In this document: positions 1-12,000 of the stretch, one piece after another
Numbering within the stretch: position 1 is the stretch's first letter
Layout of the letters: each line of letters opens with the position of its first letter
From: Vicugna vicugna
Lineage: Eukaryota
Length of the DNA: 64,000 nt
Direction: 5' to 3'
NCBI GenBank assembly: GCA_013265495.1
Contig: MU057781.1
Span: forward strand, 1,054,001 to 1,118,000
Made by a program: the position numbers and the translations under genes
The notes under the pieces: generated by a model
Seen by the model: the letters and a program-made list of their open reading frames with translations, nothing else
Told to the model about the DNA's origin: nothing
Database searches by the model: none

Positions 1-80
1 TGCGGGGGGCTCTGACCAGAGGGGCCCCTGTGCGTGGGGGGCTCTGACCAGAGGGGCACCTGTGCGGGGGGCTCTGACCG
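1..80. repeat. ~31-nt tandem repeat, about 2.6 copies, truncated by the window edge
   Basis: Unit TGTGCGGGGGGCTCTGACCAGAGGGGC(A/C)CC. Confidence 0.85.
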
Positions 81-3000
81 CTCGGAGTGTTTTCAAGTAG
101 ACGGATGGGTTCCACTGAGGACAGTAAACCTTCCTCTGGTTCTGCTGGCTTTTCCTTCCTCATTTCGAGTTTGGATCAGTCAGTTATCAGGGTCCAAGGT
201 CCCGTGGGTTCTGCCCTTGGAGACCCCGGGTGCGGTGCCGTCTGGTTGAAACCTGCCCGTGTGAGATGCCGGGGGCACAGGGAGCCAGGCCCTTCACTCA
301 GCCTCCCCTTCCCAAGGCTGTGAGCCTGTGAGAACTGGTCGCGCTGGCTGGTATTGGCCCAGTGAGTCTGCTCTGCCCAACGCAGCCCCCGCTCACCCCG
401 AGGGTCCCTGAGAGGAGCCCTGGAAAGACCAGAGCTGACCGTGGTGACCGGCCAGCTGCCAGCACATTAGGAAAGGTCAGGGAAGTTTCCAAAGTGGCCT
501 TTTCTTCCTCATAGGACAGACACCATGGCAAAGGGCAGAGGCTCTGGGCTCAGGCCGGGATTGGCGGGGGTGGGTGGAGGGCAGGGTCTGGTGTCTGTTG
601 CGGGGACTGAGCTGGCGTTTGGCTCCTGGAGGTTGTGGCGCAGGCAACGGCAGTGGGGGTGGCACAGCCAGGGCTCCTGAAGAGGCACGGTTCCCTCTTC
701 CTTCCGGAGTGCGAGCGGCCGTGCGCGTGCCATGCAGGCGGTGCTCCCGGGGCTGCACACTCCCTGTTGGGTAACAGCCCAGGTCTCCCTCGAGCCCCAT
801 GGCTGTGAAACCAAACTCCGCCACCTCGGGCTGGAGGGCTGCCCGTCTGGGGAGCAGCTGTGAGTCCTCCGGGAGCTGCACGCTGCTCTGAAAGTCACCC
901 AGGACGCCGGGTGACCAGAAGCACCGGAGTTTGATGGGCTGCTCAGCTTCTGTCAGGTCTCCCCAGGTCCCTCCTCCTCTCCCTTCAGGAAGACATGGGG
1001 CCCTTTCTCTTGATCGCTTTCCCAACAAACAATGCAGATAAGGAAGCACCTGAAGTCCTGTGCTCAGTACACAGTTCTCACAAATAGCTGTTACTCCAGG
1101 GGGCCAGGACCGTGCACACCAGCCTCCCCTCCGGGGCCCTCGCCTTCCACCTGCCTCGCCGCCCTGCACCTGGGCCCAGCCTCCCCAGGCCCCGCCGGCC
1201 CCCTCCGCTGGGCCCCGAGGGGCAGGCCTGTCTCTGGCCCCACGGCCCTGGTGTCCTGCCCTGTGGGCAGCTGGTGACAGACCCAGCGCTGGCCGAGCAC
1301 ACCCGGGACGCTCTGGGGCCCGTGCACGTCCGGAGCTGGGAGGGCGGTGAGCGGCCCTCTGGTGTCCTTGTCTGCCCTGCCCTGTGTGGGCCTCTGTGTG
1401 TGACATCAGGTGCAGAGCATGAGTTTAACTGCTAGTGAAAGTCATAAATGTTACACATTTACGTGTCCCTTCCCGCGAGGAGGTCAGTTAACACACAGTG
1501 AATTACCCGTCTGTCCTAGGCTTCGTTAGTCCTAGTCGGACGCCCCGTTGACTGCCATGTGGGGCGCCCGGGCTCGGGTGCTGGGGGGCCCAGCGGGACC
1601 CACAGGCCGTTCCAGCTCCCGGGACACCGGGGCTGAGCCCAGGCGGTGGGGCAGGGAGTGGGGCCTCTGCGGGTGCAGGCGGCGCGGGAGGGTGGCCGGG
1701 ACACCCCCACCCTCAGGGCTGCAGCCTGTCCCCCACAGCCCGCCACTTGCTCTCATCAGCAGGCGCCCGGCTGGGGGCTCTTCCCGGGGCTCCCTTGCCC
1801 CGGCCTCCAGGCAGCCCCTCCCGTGAGTCGTCCGGCTGTGCGGCGTCTCTGCGGGGACCTAAGTGCCACCCTGGGACACCCCCCCCCCGGAAGAGCCCGT
1901 GCTCTGGCCCCGCCCCACAACGGCCTCATGCCGACACCGCCCGCCCCGCCGCCCCGTGACCCCGCCCCGACCTCTCAGGTCCGCACACCGCGCACGAGGG
2001 GAGCCCGGGCCCTGTTGTCTGGCACTTCCAGAGAGGGAGACAGTCGGTGGAGTTTAAGTGAATCGTGGGTCTCGGATCGCGCAGTCATTTCTGGAGGGTT
2101 TTCATGCGCACGTGGCTCTTTAAAACCTGTGGCTGGATGGCTTGTCAGTGGACAGAAACCTCGCCGTTTTGCACAGTTTGTTACACAAGTAAAGCAAACC
2201 AGTGGGAAATGACTTTTATTCCAGTTTTTTTACAGTAGAGGTTTCAGCATGGAGTTTTTTTAGGGCCATTTGGCCAAAAGAAGGCTGTAGCCCTGGCGTC
2301 AAAGACTGTTCCCTCAGCGCCAGCAGCAGTGCAACCACCAACCCTCTGTGCAAAGTCCAGGGTGTGCGGAGGCTGAGCCCCCCACCCCGCGGACACAGGG
2401 AGCCAGCGGGGAAGCTAGCTCTGGGGTCCGCCCTCACTCCTTCCAAAATGAGGCCTGTAGTTCCTAAGAGCTGTGGCCGGACCGCGCAGCGTCTGGACCG
2501 TGTGTCGCCCCCAGGTCGCCGCATTGCCTTCGCTTCAGACCCGTGCATCCCATCAGGAGAGCTGTAACTAACTTCATGCTCGTCCCGAGGGTGACGAGCA
2601 TGCGCCAGGTGGAGACACCGCGTGCGCCAGGTGGAGCCTTCCTGTGCTGTGCTCACATCTCCCTGTGTCCGTGTCCAGATGCCGCTGCGCCCAGCCACCA
2701 CGACCTGGCGGCCGGAACAGCAGACGTCGTTTCCACAGTCTGGAGGCCAAAGCCCGCGGCCGGGTGTCGGGGCCGCGCTCCCCCGAGACGCTCCGGGGAG
2801 GCTCCTTCCTGTGTCGGCAGCTCCGGTGGCCCCGGCGTCCCTGGTCTGTGGCCGCGCTCTGCAGTCTCTGCCCTGTCGCCGGGTGGCTGCTCTCTGCTTC
2901 TCTGTGTGCACTTTCTTCTTACAAGTCACCAGCCCTCGGACTCAGGGCCCCCGAATCCAGGATGTGCTCCTCTCGAGAACCCTAACTAATTACACCTGCA

Positions 3001-6000
3001 GAGACCGCCCTTCAAAGTAAGGTCACCGGCTGAGTCAGGGGGCACCCTGGGGGCACCCTCCAGCCCGCAGCAGCGCCGGGCGCCAGAGAGACGTTTCTTC
3101 CCACCACTTGTGAGGGTGAGACTAACGCATAAAGCATCTCTGTGGGAGAAGCTCGCCCCGAAGACAAACGCAGCCGGGAAAGCCCGGTGTCTCGTGCTGG
3201 CGATCCGTTTCAGCAGCTCTCGTCGAGCTGCCTGTCGAGTTCTTGAGTCGCAGAACACCCTGTAAGCACCTCCTTTGGAAAACCAGAATTTGCTAGTTGG
3301 CAGCGCACAGCTCTTTGAAATAGTATCTAACTGTAAAAGCAACTTGAGAACGTTTGTGGAAACCAGAGAAAATTTCTCCCGATCTTCCTGACAGGCCGTT
3401 AGGTGGAGTGGGCCGCGGGCAAGGCCTGGAGAGGCCGGTCGCGGCGTAGAAGGGTGGGCAGGGGCGCCCGGGCGCAGGCCTGAGGCCAGCGAGCAGGTGG
3501 GGGGACAGGGCCCCCAGAGCGGCGTCCCCGGCCTCAGGCTCCCGCTGCTTTGCCCCTGATGTGCGCGTTGAGTGGAGAGGATGCATGGTGTGGGCTGCCG
3601 CGTCCGCTACGCAGCGTGGCCCCGCTGCTGCAGCCCGCGTGGGCGGCCCTCCCGGCTGGGACGTGGCTGCTTGGGGAACCAGGCTCATGCTCCAAGCGGG
3701 ACCAGGTCATCTCAGCGCCAAGCCTCAGGTTGCCCCAGGTGTCAGATCCCGTGGGTGCACACCTGAGACGCCGTGATGCTGGCATGGCCTCCAGCGGGAC
3801 CACAATGTTTTGGGGACACTTGGTGGAACCTGTGGGTTTTGGCCTCGTTTTCCTCGCACGGAGGAGCACTGGGGAGAGAGAAGCCGTGGTCTGTGTCCAG
3901 TGTCCTCCCCGGCTCGGCCGTGTGGCCCATGTCCACAGGGGCCCCAGGGCTTGCATGCTCTGATGTTGAGTCTGATGTGCTGTGTTTCTTTGCTGTTTGT
4001 CCAGTGGGACTTCTCTGCCATCTGCTGCAGGGCCAGGGTTGGCAGCAGGACTGGGGTGGGCGCAGCGGTGGCCCTGGACGCCGGGCCGTCTGCGCTTGTC
4101 TGCTCTTCTGTCCCAGCTCCCAGGAACGTAGAGAGCAGTGTGAGAACAAGGCTGCCAAGGTATCCCGCGGCTCCCGACGCGTCCTCGGAAGCCTTTGCCT
4201 TTTACAGGAGAGCCGGCCATGACGTCGAAGGCCAGCTGGGGCCAACAGGACGCATCTGGGGGCCGGCCCTCTGGGGAGCACGGCCTGGCCTGGCACCATG
4301 GGACCTGCAGGTGGCTCAGGGGTGGTCTGGGGCATCGCTAGGCTGGCAGACGTCCCTGGGCGGGTGCTAGGATGCAGACAAGGTTTCTCTGCCCCACGCC
4401 GGCCATGGCTCAAGTGCTGGCTGTTCCCAGCTGTGCCAAGGAGGCACGGGGGGCCCTGCCCTCTCCTTCCAGACAACACAGCACAGGAAGAGCACGGGTT
4501 TGGGAGAAACACACCAAGGCTTGACCCCAGGGCCCTGGCCTGGCACCGCCCCATCCCCAGGTGGGCAGGCCACCCTCAGCCACGACCCTCTTGTGTTAGA
4601 GCCTACAGGCCGGCCCTGGGGCAGGAAAGGGCCGACTTGTATTCCTGGGGTGGCCTGTGCTCTCAGCCATGGTCTTCCCACAGATGGTGTCCAGGTGGCC
4701 CACGGTCAGTGCAGCAGGTGACCGTGAGCGTCCCAGGCGGCCCTGCAGCTGTAAAGGGCACAAAGGTCTCTCCTGGAAGCCTTGTGGTTACTTTGTCTGC
4801 AGGGGCAGCACCTGCCCCTTGAGGAGGAAAGACGGGGTCACCCTCCCTCATGGCCCAAGGAGAAGCTGGCTTGTCTGGGCTTTGGTTTTTGTGGTGGGCG
4901 CCCCTCCCCCAAGAGCGGCAGGTTCATCCCCCCACTGGGGGCCGCTGTCCTGGGGTGCAGTGGGCAGGGCTCCACGGGGGGCCTCTGGGGAAGGTGGGGC
5001 TGCTTGTCCTTTGTGGTAAGGGAGGGCTCCAGGGTCCTGGAGCCTCACCTGGCGCCAGCCCAGGGAAGTGTGCTTGTGAGAGGCTGCCCACCCCCACCCC
5101 CTCCCTGGAATCTGAATTCCATGCTCCAGATGCAAATGGATACAGATGTGCTCTTGGAGCAGAACGGAAAAGATGGTTCTGCGATCAAATGTGTCAGTGC
5201 TTAGGCCGTAATTAAAACATACGCAAATTAAACTCGATTATCATGCGCCACCTAATGGGCCATGCGTCCTGAACTAATTAATACGCAGCCTCGGCTCAGC
5301 CCTGCTGGCGGGACTGCTCGGAGGGTGTTATGCCGTGCGTGGTGGAACCGGCAGCTGGGCGCTCAGCTGGCCAGTGACAAAGAGTGACAGCAGTGCCAGG
5401 CGCTGCCGTCTCCGCGAGGCCAGGCCGCGCGCCCACCTGCCGTCCGTCACCGCTGACAGCAGCTGTGATGGATGCGTTGTTGGAGGCCGGCTGCTGTTTT
5501 TAAACTGGCTGCTGGTTACTGACAGGTACACGTTCAGGTGCTAGCTGAGCCCCTGGGAACGGACGGGTCCCGTGAGGACCCTGACTTCTCCGAGGCAGCA
5601 GTCGTCGGCCAGGACGCTCGCAATCATGGGGTGGGGGCCGCAACAGCCGGGGTCCCAGCACCGCCCACACCTGCCTTGAAAGAGGATGGTAGAACCCCCA
5701 CAGGGCGTGCCCCGCACAGCAGTGCCACGAGGGAGACCTCGGCCAGGCTGCCTGGCGGCCTCGTCCCCTGTCCCAGCACGCAGACGTTTCTGCCACCCAG
5801 CCGCTTCTCTGGCTGCACCCACATCCTGGAGAGGCCGCCCCCCCCCCCGCCAAGCCAGGATGCGCATTGCCCGTGCCGGCCCCTGGGAAGCCCATGAGAA
5901 CCTGGAAGGCCACTGGGCGGGTGCTGAGTGCAACAAAGGGCTGCTTTATGTCTGGTTCCCGCTACCTCCGGGAACCAAACCCCAGTCGTGCCTCCACACC

Positions 6001-9000
6001 CAGGCCCTGTAGCCCTGGGACACGGTGGGTGAGGCCGGCCAGAGTCAGTGGGAGCTGTCAGCGCTCGTTGGGGGCACTGTGGGTGGGTGACGGCTGCGTG
6101 GCGGGCGCCATGGGTGTGACTGTGCCTGTCCTTGGTCGGCGGTGTGCCCTTCGGCCCCAGACCCCCAGCAGCCCCCATGAGTCGGTATTGTTGCCGGGGG
6201 GGAGGGTCAGAGCCAGGGCGGGGCAAGGAGCTCGGGCAGTTTGCCGTCTGCGAGACAGGTGCCAGGTGCCGCCCGCTCGCGTGAACCCTGGAGGAAGCCT
6301 GGTCTGGGGACGCCCCTGCAGACCTCCGGTGTGACTCTGAAGTGGTGGAGATCCCGGTGTGCACGGCCCCCTCTTCTGCCAACGTCGGCAAACCTCACAG
6401 GCTTGAAGTGTGTTCTGAGTCGGAAGCCACAGTAGACGGGCCCGTCCTGGCTGCTGCTGGCCACCTCCGTAGCCACGGTGGCCTCCCTCCCTCTCCGGAC
6501 GTCCTCTTCTGACCGTCGGCTCCTGAAACTAACTGCCTGGCGGGCGAGATGGAGTTGCTGGAGGGCCGGGGGGAGGCGCGCCAGCCAAACGGTCCTTCCC
6601 GGCGTCCTCCTGGGCCTTTCACGGGAGCCTTGCTCTCGAAGGCCGCGTTGTTCACCTAAATCGCTGCATTCACTTCTCAGTGGCTGAAATGAGAAAGGAC
6701 CTTTATTTGTCTGTTTTGACACAGAGCCTCACGACGTCACAGGAAGGTGGACCGTGATGTTTGCGTGATGACGGCGACGGCTCTGGGGTTCTATTCAGGG
6801 TGTTGTCTTCCAGGAAGTTCACTCTGCAGACGTTGGCCAGTGTCTTCAAATGGTGGATTGATGGCAAAATAATCATTCCCAGGATCATAAAAGAAAAAAT
6901 AGAAACCCCAGAAGCGTCCGCAGCCTGCCCCCGCCCGTCCCTGGTGCAGCAGTAGCTTTCCGCCTGCCTGCCCTCGGGGGCCGCACAGCCCCCTGGGGAC
7001 GTCAGGACGTGGGGAGGCACCTTCTATGCCAGGCAGGTGGACGGGCGCTCCAAGGCCACGGTGGCGCCCCCTTGTACTCGCCCCTCACGGGCTCCTCCGC
7101 TCAGCTCAGAGAGTGGCCCAGACCCTGGCAGTCCCTGGAAGGAGATGATGAGGGTGAGTCCTGCTCTCCCTCCTGCCCGTCCCCTGCTGCCCAGCGGATC
7201 TGACCTTGATGTGTCCAGAGAAGGCTGGGGACGTCCTCAAGAGGCCAGACCAGGAGTGTGGCAGGTCCCCAGCCGGATCTGCCGTGGGCAGGGATCCCCA
7301 GTGGCACTGCCAGTCCTGGGGAGCCATCCAGACACCTGCTGGACACAAACCTGAGATAGAGCCTGCACCGCATCCTTCTGGAAAAATTGGTGGCGCTCTC
7401 CTGGCCCAAGAGCTGGAATCAGCATTGGGTTTGTCCCTGGGCCGCACGCGGGCGCTGTCACCCCTCCAGGCGGGGAGGGTGTTGGCAGAGCCGACCTGGA
7501 GGAAATGAAAGGGGCTTTATGGCACGTTGTTGCCCTGATGAGCAGTTGACAGTGTGGAACAAAGAGGACCCAGGTGCCTCGACACTGACACAGCCCTCAT
7601 GACAGCGCCTCTCAGTGACTGGCTGCCCGCCCTGCCGCCGCACAGCCCCCAGGAATGTCAGTGCCTTCAGGCTTCCAGGTCGTGGACTCAGCCCTCGAGA
7701 GATGTGCCCCTCCCAGCCCAGGCGTTTGCCAGGGAGATCTTAGAGAAAGAAGTCAGAGTAAACAAATTGGTGGGATTTGGGGGGCGGCTCCCACCAGAGG
7801 GACAATGACCCCGCAGTGCTTCCAGTGAAAACCCGATGTGGCCACGCCTCTGCTCGGCCCTCCGATCCTCGGGCCCCATCCAGGATGGCCCTTCTTTGAG
7901 TCAGGCAGGCCACCCTGAAAACCAAGGAAGTTGCCACCATGATGGGGCCCCCTGAAGGCGGGGTTGGCAGCCACAGCCCAGCCACCGGCCACAGACCACA
8001 GACGGCTCCCACGAACGTGGTGACCTCCTGGCCCGTCGGCCACAGGAGGGGCCGTGAGGCTGTGTGAGGGCCAGGCAGGCCAGGGCTCTGGCTTCCCAAG
8101 AGCTGTGTGTGTGTCATATGTGTGGTGCACACTGTGTGCATGTGCATGTGTGCACACGTGTGTGCACGTGTACGGAGGGAAAGGAGGCTGGCCAGAGCTC
8201 ATCCGTGACCACGTGTCCTGTGCTGGGTCAGGGGCACCTGTGTTGTCCCCACGGTAAGTGCAGACCTGCATCCCCGAGCACTGCAGGGTGGCTGAGAGAT
8301 GCGCACCTGTCTGCCCAGTGCTTACTTTTGGGGTGTGTCCACCCCGAAGGGGAAGGCGTCAGAGAGTCCCCCGAGGCTTCCCTCTGAGCACTTTCCCTTG
8401 GGTCTGTGAGTTGCCTGTGACCAAGGCAGGTTTTGAGGCCCCGTCTCCCCTTTAGGGTGTCAGCGAACTGAAAACTCCTGTCCTGCACCTGTTCTGACAC
8501 TGGGAGGACTTGAAATAACGTCTGTAGGTGCTGGCGGCCAAGGAACAGTCCGTCCCTCAGGACCGGTGACGCTTACCTGTTGTTCCTGGATGTCGGGGCG
8601 CTGGCTGGCTGCCTGCCTGTCTGTCGGGATTTGGTGTTCTAATTCCCTGTGCACACCCGGCGCTAACCCTGTGGTGCGCGCGTGCCGATCCGGACGGGGC
8701 CCCGCAGCGTTCTGAGACTCCGCGAGGCGGGTCAGGCAGTGGGGCGTGGAGACTTGGTTCTCCTTCCAGGGCGAAGGGTTTTGTGGGGTCCGACTCAGCA
8801 GGGCAGTGACCTGTGCTGACATTCAGCGTTACTGCAAGACTGTCTGTAGCTCAGAAGGTCAGGTTTATCCTCCGGGTGGGTTCTGTGTTCTAGAGTCACT
8901 TGAAAAATCTAAATGTAAAAAGTAACAGTTTTCCATTAACTTGTTTTGAAGAAAACCTGTGTAAAGAACTCGGGTGTCCGTCTCCGAACCGTGCCTCAGG

Positions 9001-12000
9001 GTTTCTTCCCTGCTCCTCTCTGCAATCTGTGCCGCGTGACAATGTTGGTGGAACTGTTATTTGTATGATTTTTAACTTTTAAATGTTTTGTGGCTAGAAT
9101 TTAACAAAAAAACAACAGGATGACCAGAATCACGGGACAGCGGTGACTTCCTCCTGACACCCTTTGGTGGGCTAGGTTTTTGGCAAAGAGCTTTCCGCGG
9201 GGTCTGCCCAGTGCGCCTCGCGGCCCTCGCTGCTGAGGACCAGGCGTCTGTGACCCAGAAGTGATTTCCGGGTGGGAGACCCCAAGAGCCCAGCCAGGTG
9301 GCGCTCCACGCCGAGCTCCTGCTGGACACACGGCGCAGAGACCCCAGAGTGTCCGTGAGAGGGAGGGAAGCGGGCGCACCAAGAGGAAGGAGGGGCTGGC
9401 TGGAGGACGACTTGCTTTCACCTAGGAGCTGCAGTGACCCCAGGGACGGCTTCTGTCCCCAGAGCACGACCCCCCTGTGCAGAGGATGTGACACTGAGCA
9501 TGCCGCTGGCCCTGCGTGCACTGGGTCTCCAGCCCTGCTCCCGGGAGGTGAGGGCACCCTGCTGCCATCAGATGGGTAGACGCAGTCAGTGGGGCGGCCA
9601 CTTGGTTACCCCTCCTGGTTCCCGGCAGCTGCACCCAAAGCCAAGTCCCGTGGAGCGGCAGGGCTGAGGGCCACCCAGGCGGGCCAGGCATGCAGAGGCT
9701 GCGACCCCCGGCGGCACAGGCGAGTCCTCGCTGCCCAGCCCGCTCTGGTGCGAGCAAAAGGGGGTGGATGAGCCCCGACCGAGCCCTGAGGTGTTTCTGG
9801 CCTCACTGCTCCGACTGGTACACGGAGAGGAGCAGCTGCCACCTCTCCTCCCTGCGGCCCCCAGGCCGGGCTTTGCGGTCCCTCAGTTGTCACTGTTTCT
9901 TGGTTGGATCTTGGGACGGAGGCACAGATATCACATGTGGGGGTCCTGAGATGTGAGCGCTGCCTGCAGAGGGCCAGCGGGGCCTCCCGACGGTGGAGCC
10001 ACACACACGTCACCTGCGTGAGACTCCAGGACGCACCCGAGGGCCCCGCGCCACAGAAGGGCCCCGCGGCCCCGCCTGGGCTCTCCTCACAGGCACGTGC
10101 GCCCCGCCCGTCTTGAGGCCCGTGAAGACGTTACTTCTTTTCCAGGCCTTTCCTTTCAGCTTCTCTGGAGTCCGTCCTCCGAGCGTGCTTGTGGCTGAGA
10201 GAGCCCAGTGGCCACGGCCAGTCGCGCCTTTGTGCCCCGGCTTTGTTTCCGATTTCACGCTATCAGAGGCCCGCATGTTCTCCCAAGGGAAGCTGTCGGG
10301 GTGAAAGCGCGAGCGCGGAGGGCGGGGTGCCCCTGGAGCCCACCCACCCGCCGACCTCAGCCCCAGCGGGGGCCCCTGCGCCCGAGGGTGGGAAGTGCTT
10401 TCTTGCAGACGGGCTGATTCTTCTCGGTGTGAGAACAGCTGGAGCGGGACCAGCTCCCGCCACCGGCAGTGGCCCCACCGCCCAGGTGTGGCTGCCTGGA
10501 GCCCTGGTGTGGCCGTGGGACGCCAGGCGAGGTGAGGGCACCCCCGGCTGCCCGGCTCAGCGCTGCTTCTGGAGCACTGGCCCTGTGGGGGGCAGAGGGA
10601 GTCCTGCCCTCGGCCCCACTCGGGGAAGAAGCCCAGCGCGCAGAGGCCGCCGAGTCCGGCGGGACACAGTGTGCAGCGCGCCTCACGGCGGTGGCGGGGA
10701 GGCCGACCTTGCCCGCAGGGGCTGCTGGCTGTGCTCACGGCTGGCCCAGGGTGTCCAAGTAGAGGACGGACGCCCGCCGGAGACTGGCGGCTTCACAGCC
10801 CGGGAAGCGGCTGCACTTGGTTTTCTTTTGATTTGACTTTAAAGAGTTAACCCCGCCCCTAAAGTCTTAACCCACAAGCTGAGTGGTCAGAGCAGTAGAC
10901 AGAGGACCCCGTATACGTGCCGGCTGGCCACCTACGCCCTTCACGGGCAGCGGCCTCGTCACGGGCAGGTGAGCACGGGCCAGGAGAACGCCAGACCTCA
11001 GTAGGGCTGGACGCCCTCGGCCCCACTCGGCCCGGTTGCTGTGGGCTCGTTCGTGATGCGCACTTCTCCGGGGGTGTCCAGGCAGAAATGGGGGCCCCCG
11101 TGTCCTGCCCTACAAGAGGTCTCAGGGCGAAAAAAAACAGAGAGCCCATTCTCCTGGCTAAGAAAATGCTGGAAGTTCCCCCAATGCCTGCCTGCAGAGC
11201 ATCTAAACCTGGGGGCCAGACTGGCTCTGTGGTTCGTTTTGATTTTGTTCAGACATCCTTGCTCCACCTGGAGGGAAGGAAGCGCAGAAGGCTCTGAGAG
11301 GCCCAGTGGGAGCGAGCGGGGGCCCTCCCTGTGCCTTGAAACAGCCTGCAGATATCTGGCCGGCTGTTTCCCTTCGCAGACCGAGCTCAGGACGAAGCCT
11401 CGCCCCACACTTTGTGCAGCCCTGATGAGTGACTGGGCCCCAGACGATGGCCTGCTCGCCCCTCCCAAGGCCCCTCCCCAGGGCACAGATCCGGGTAGGG
11501 GGAGCTGGAGCCTGAGGGGCCGAGACCAGGAGGCTCGGGGAGGGGCAGCCTCTCCCAGCACCTTGGACTCGGGTCACCTGGCCGCGCCCACCTGTCCCTC
11601 TGGAGCAGGAGCTTCCAGAAGGCCGAGACGTGCGGCCCGTCGCTGAGAACGTGCCAGGCCCGGGCTGCGGTTACGGGAAGGATGTCGATGGCTTCTCCCA
11701 CACCCAGTCTGCGCCAGAAACACCAGCCACCGCCAGGATGGCTGGGAGGTGGAGGTGTCCCTGCTGCCCAGAAAGTGTGCATCCCAGCAGGTGGCCCCCG
11801 ACGCTCCTGACTGCCCCTCCCGCAGCCCCGGGGCCCTAGCGTCCTGGGCTCACCCCCTCGCACCGACTCCCTCTGTGGGATCTGACTCCGCCGTGGGCCC
11901 GCGGACTGCGTCGGAGCTGCACGCTCACCCGTGGGCACTCCTGACTCCAGGTGGGGAGACCAAACGGGGTGCCCAGCCCACACGGGGCTCTGCGGACAGG

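Noticed and set aside
477-1406. 309-aa ORF and the many other long ORFs in the track (e.g. 26391-27335, 37185-38153, 38891-39889, 41029-42174, 48794-49843, 57063-58016)
   Set aside because: Pro/Gly/Arg/Ala-rich with no recognisable domain, overlapping in several frames; expected from stop-codon scarcity in very GC-rich DNA
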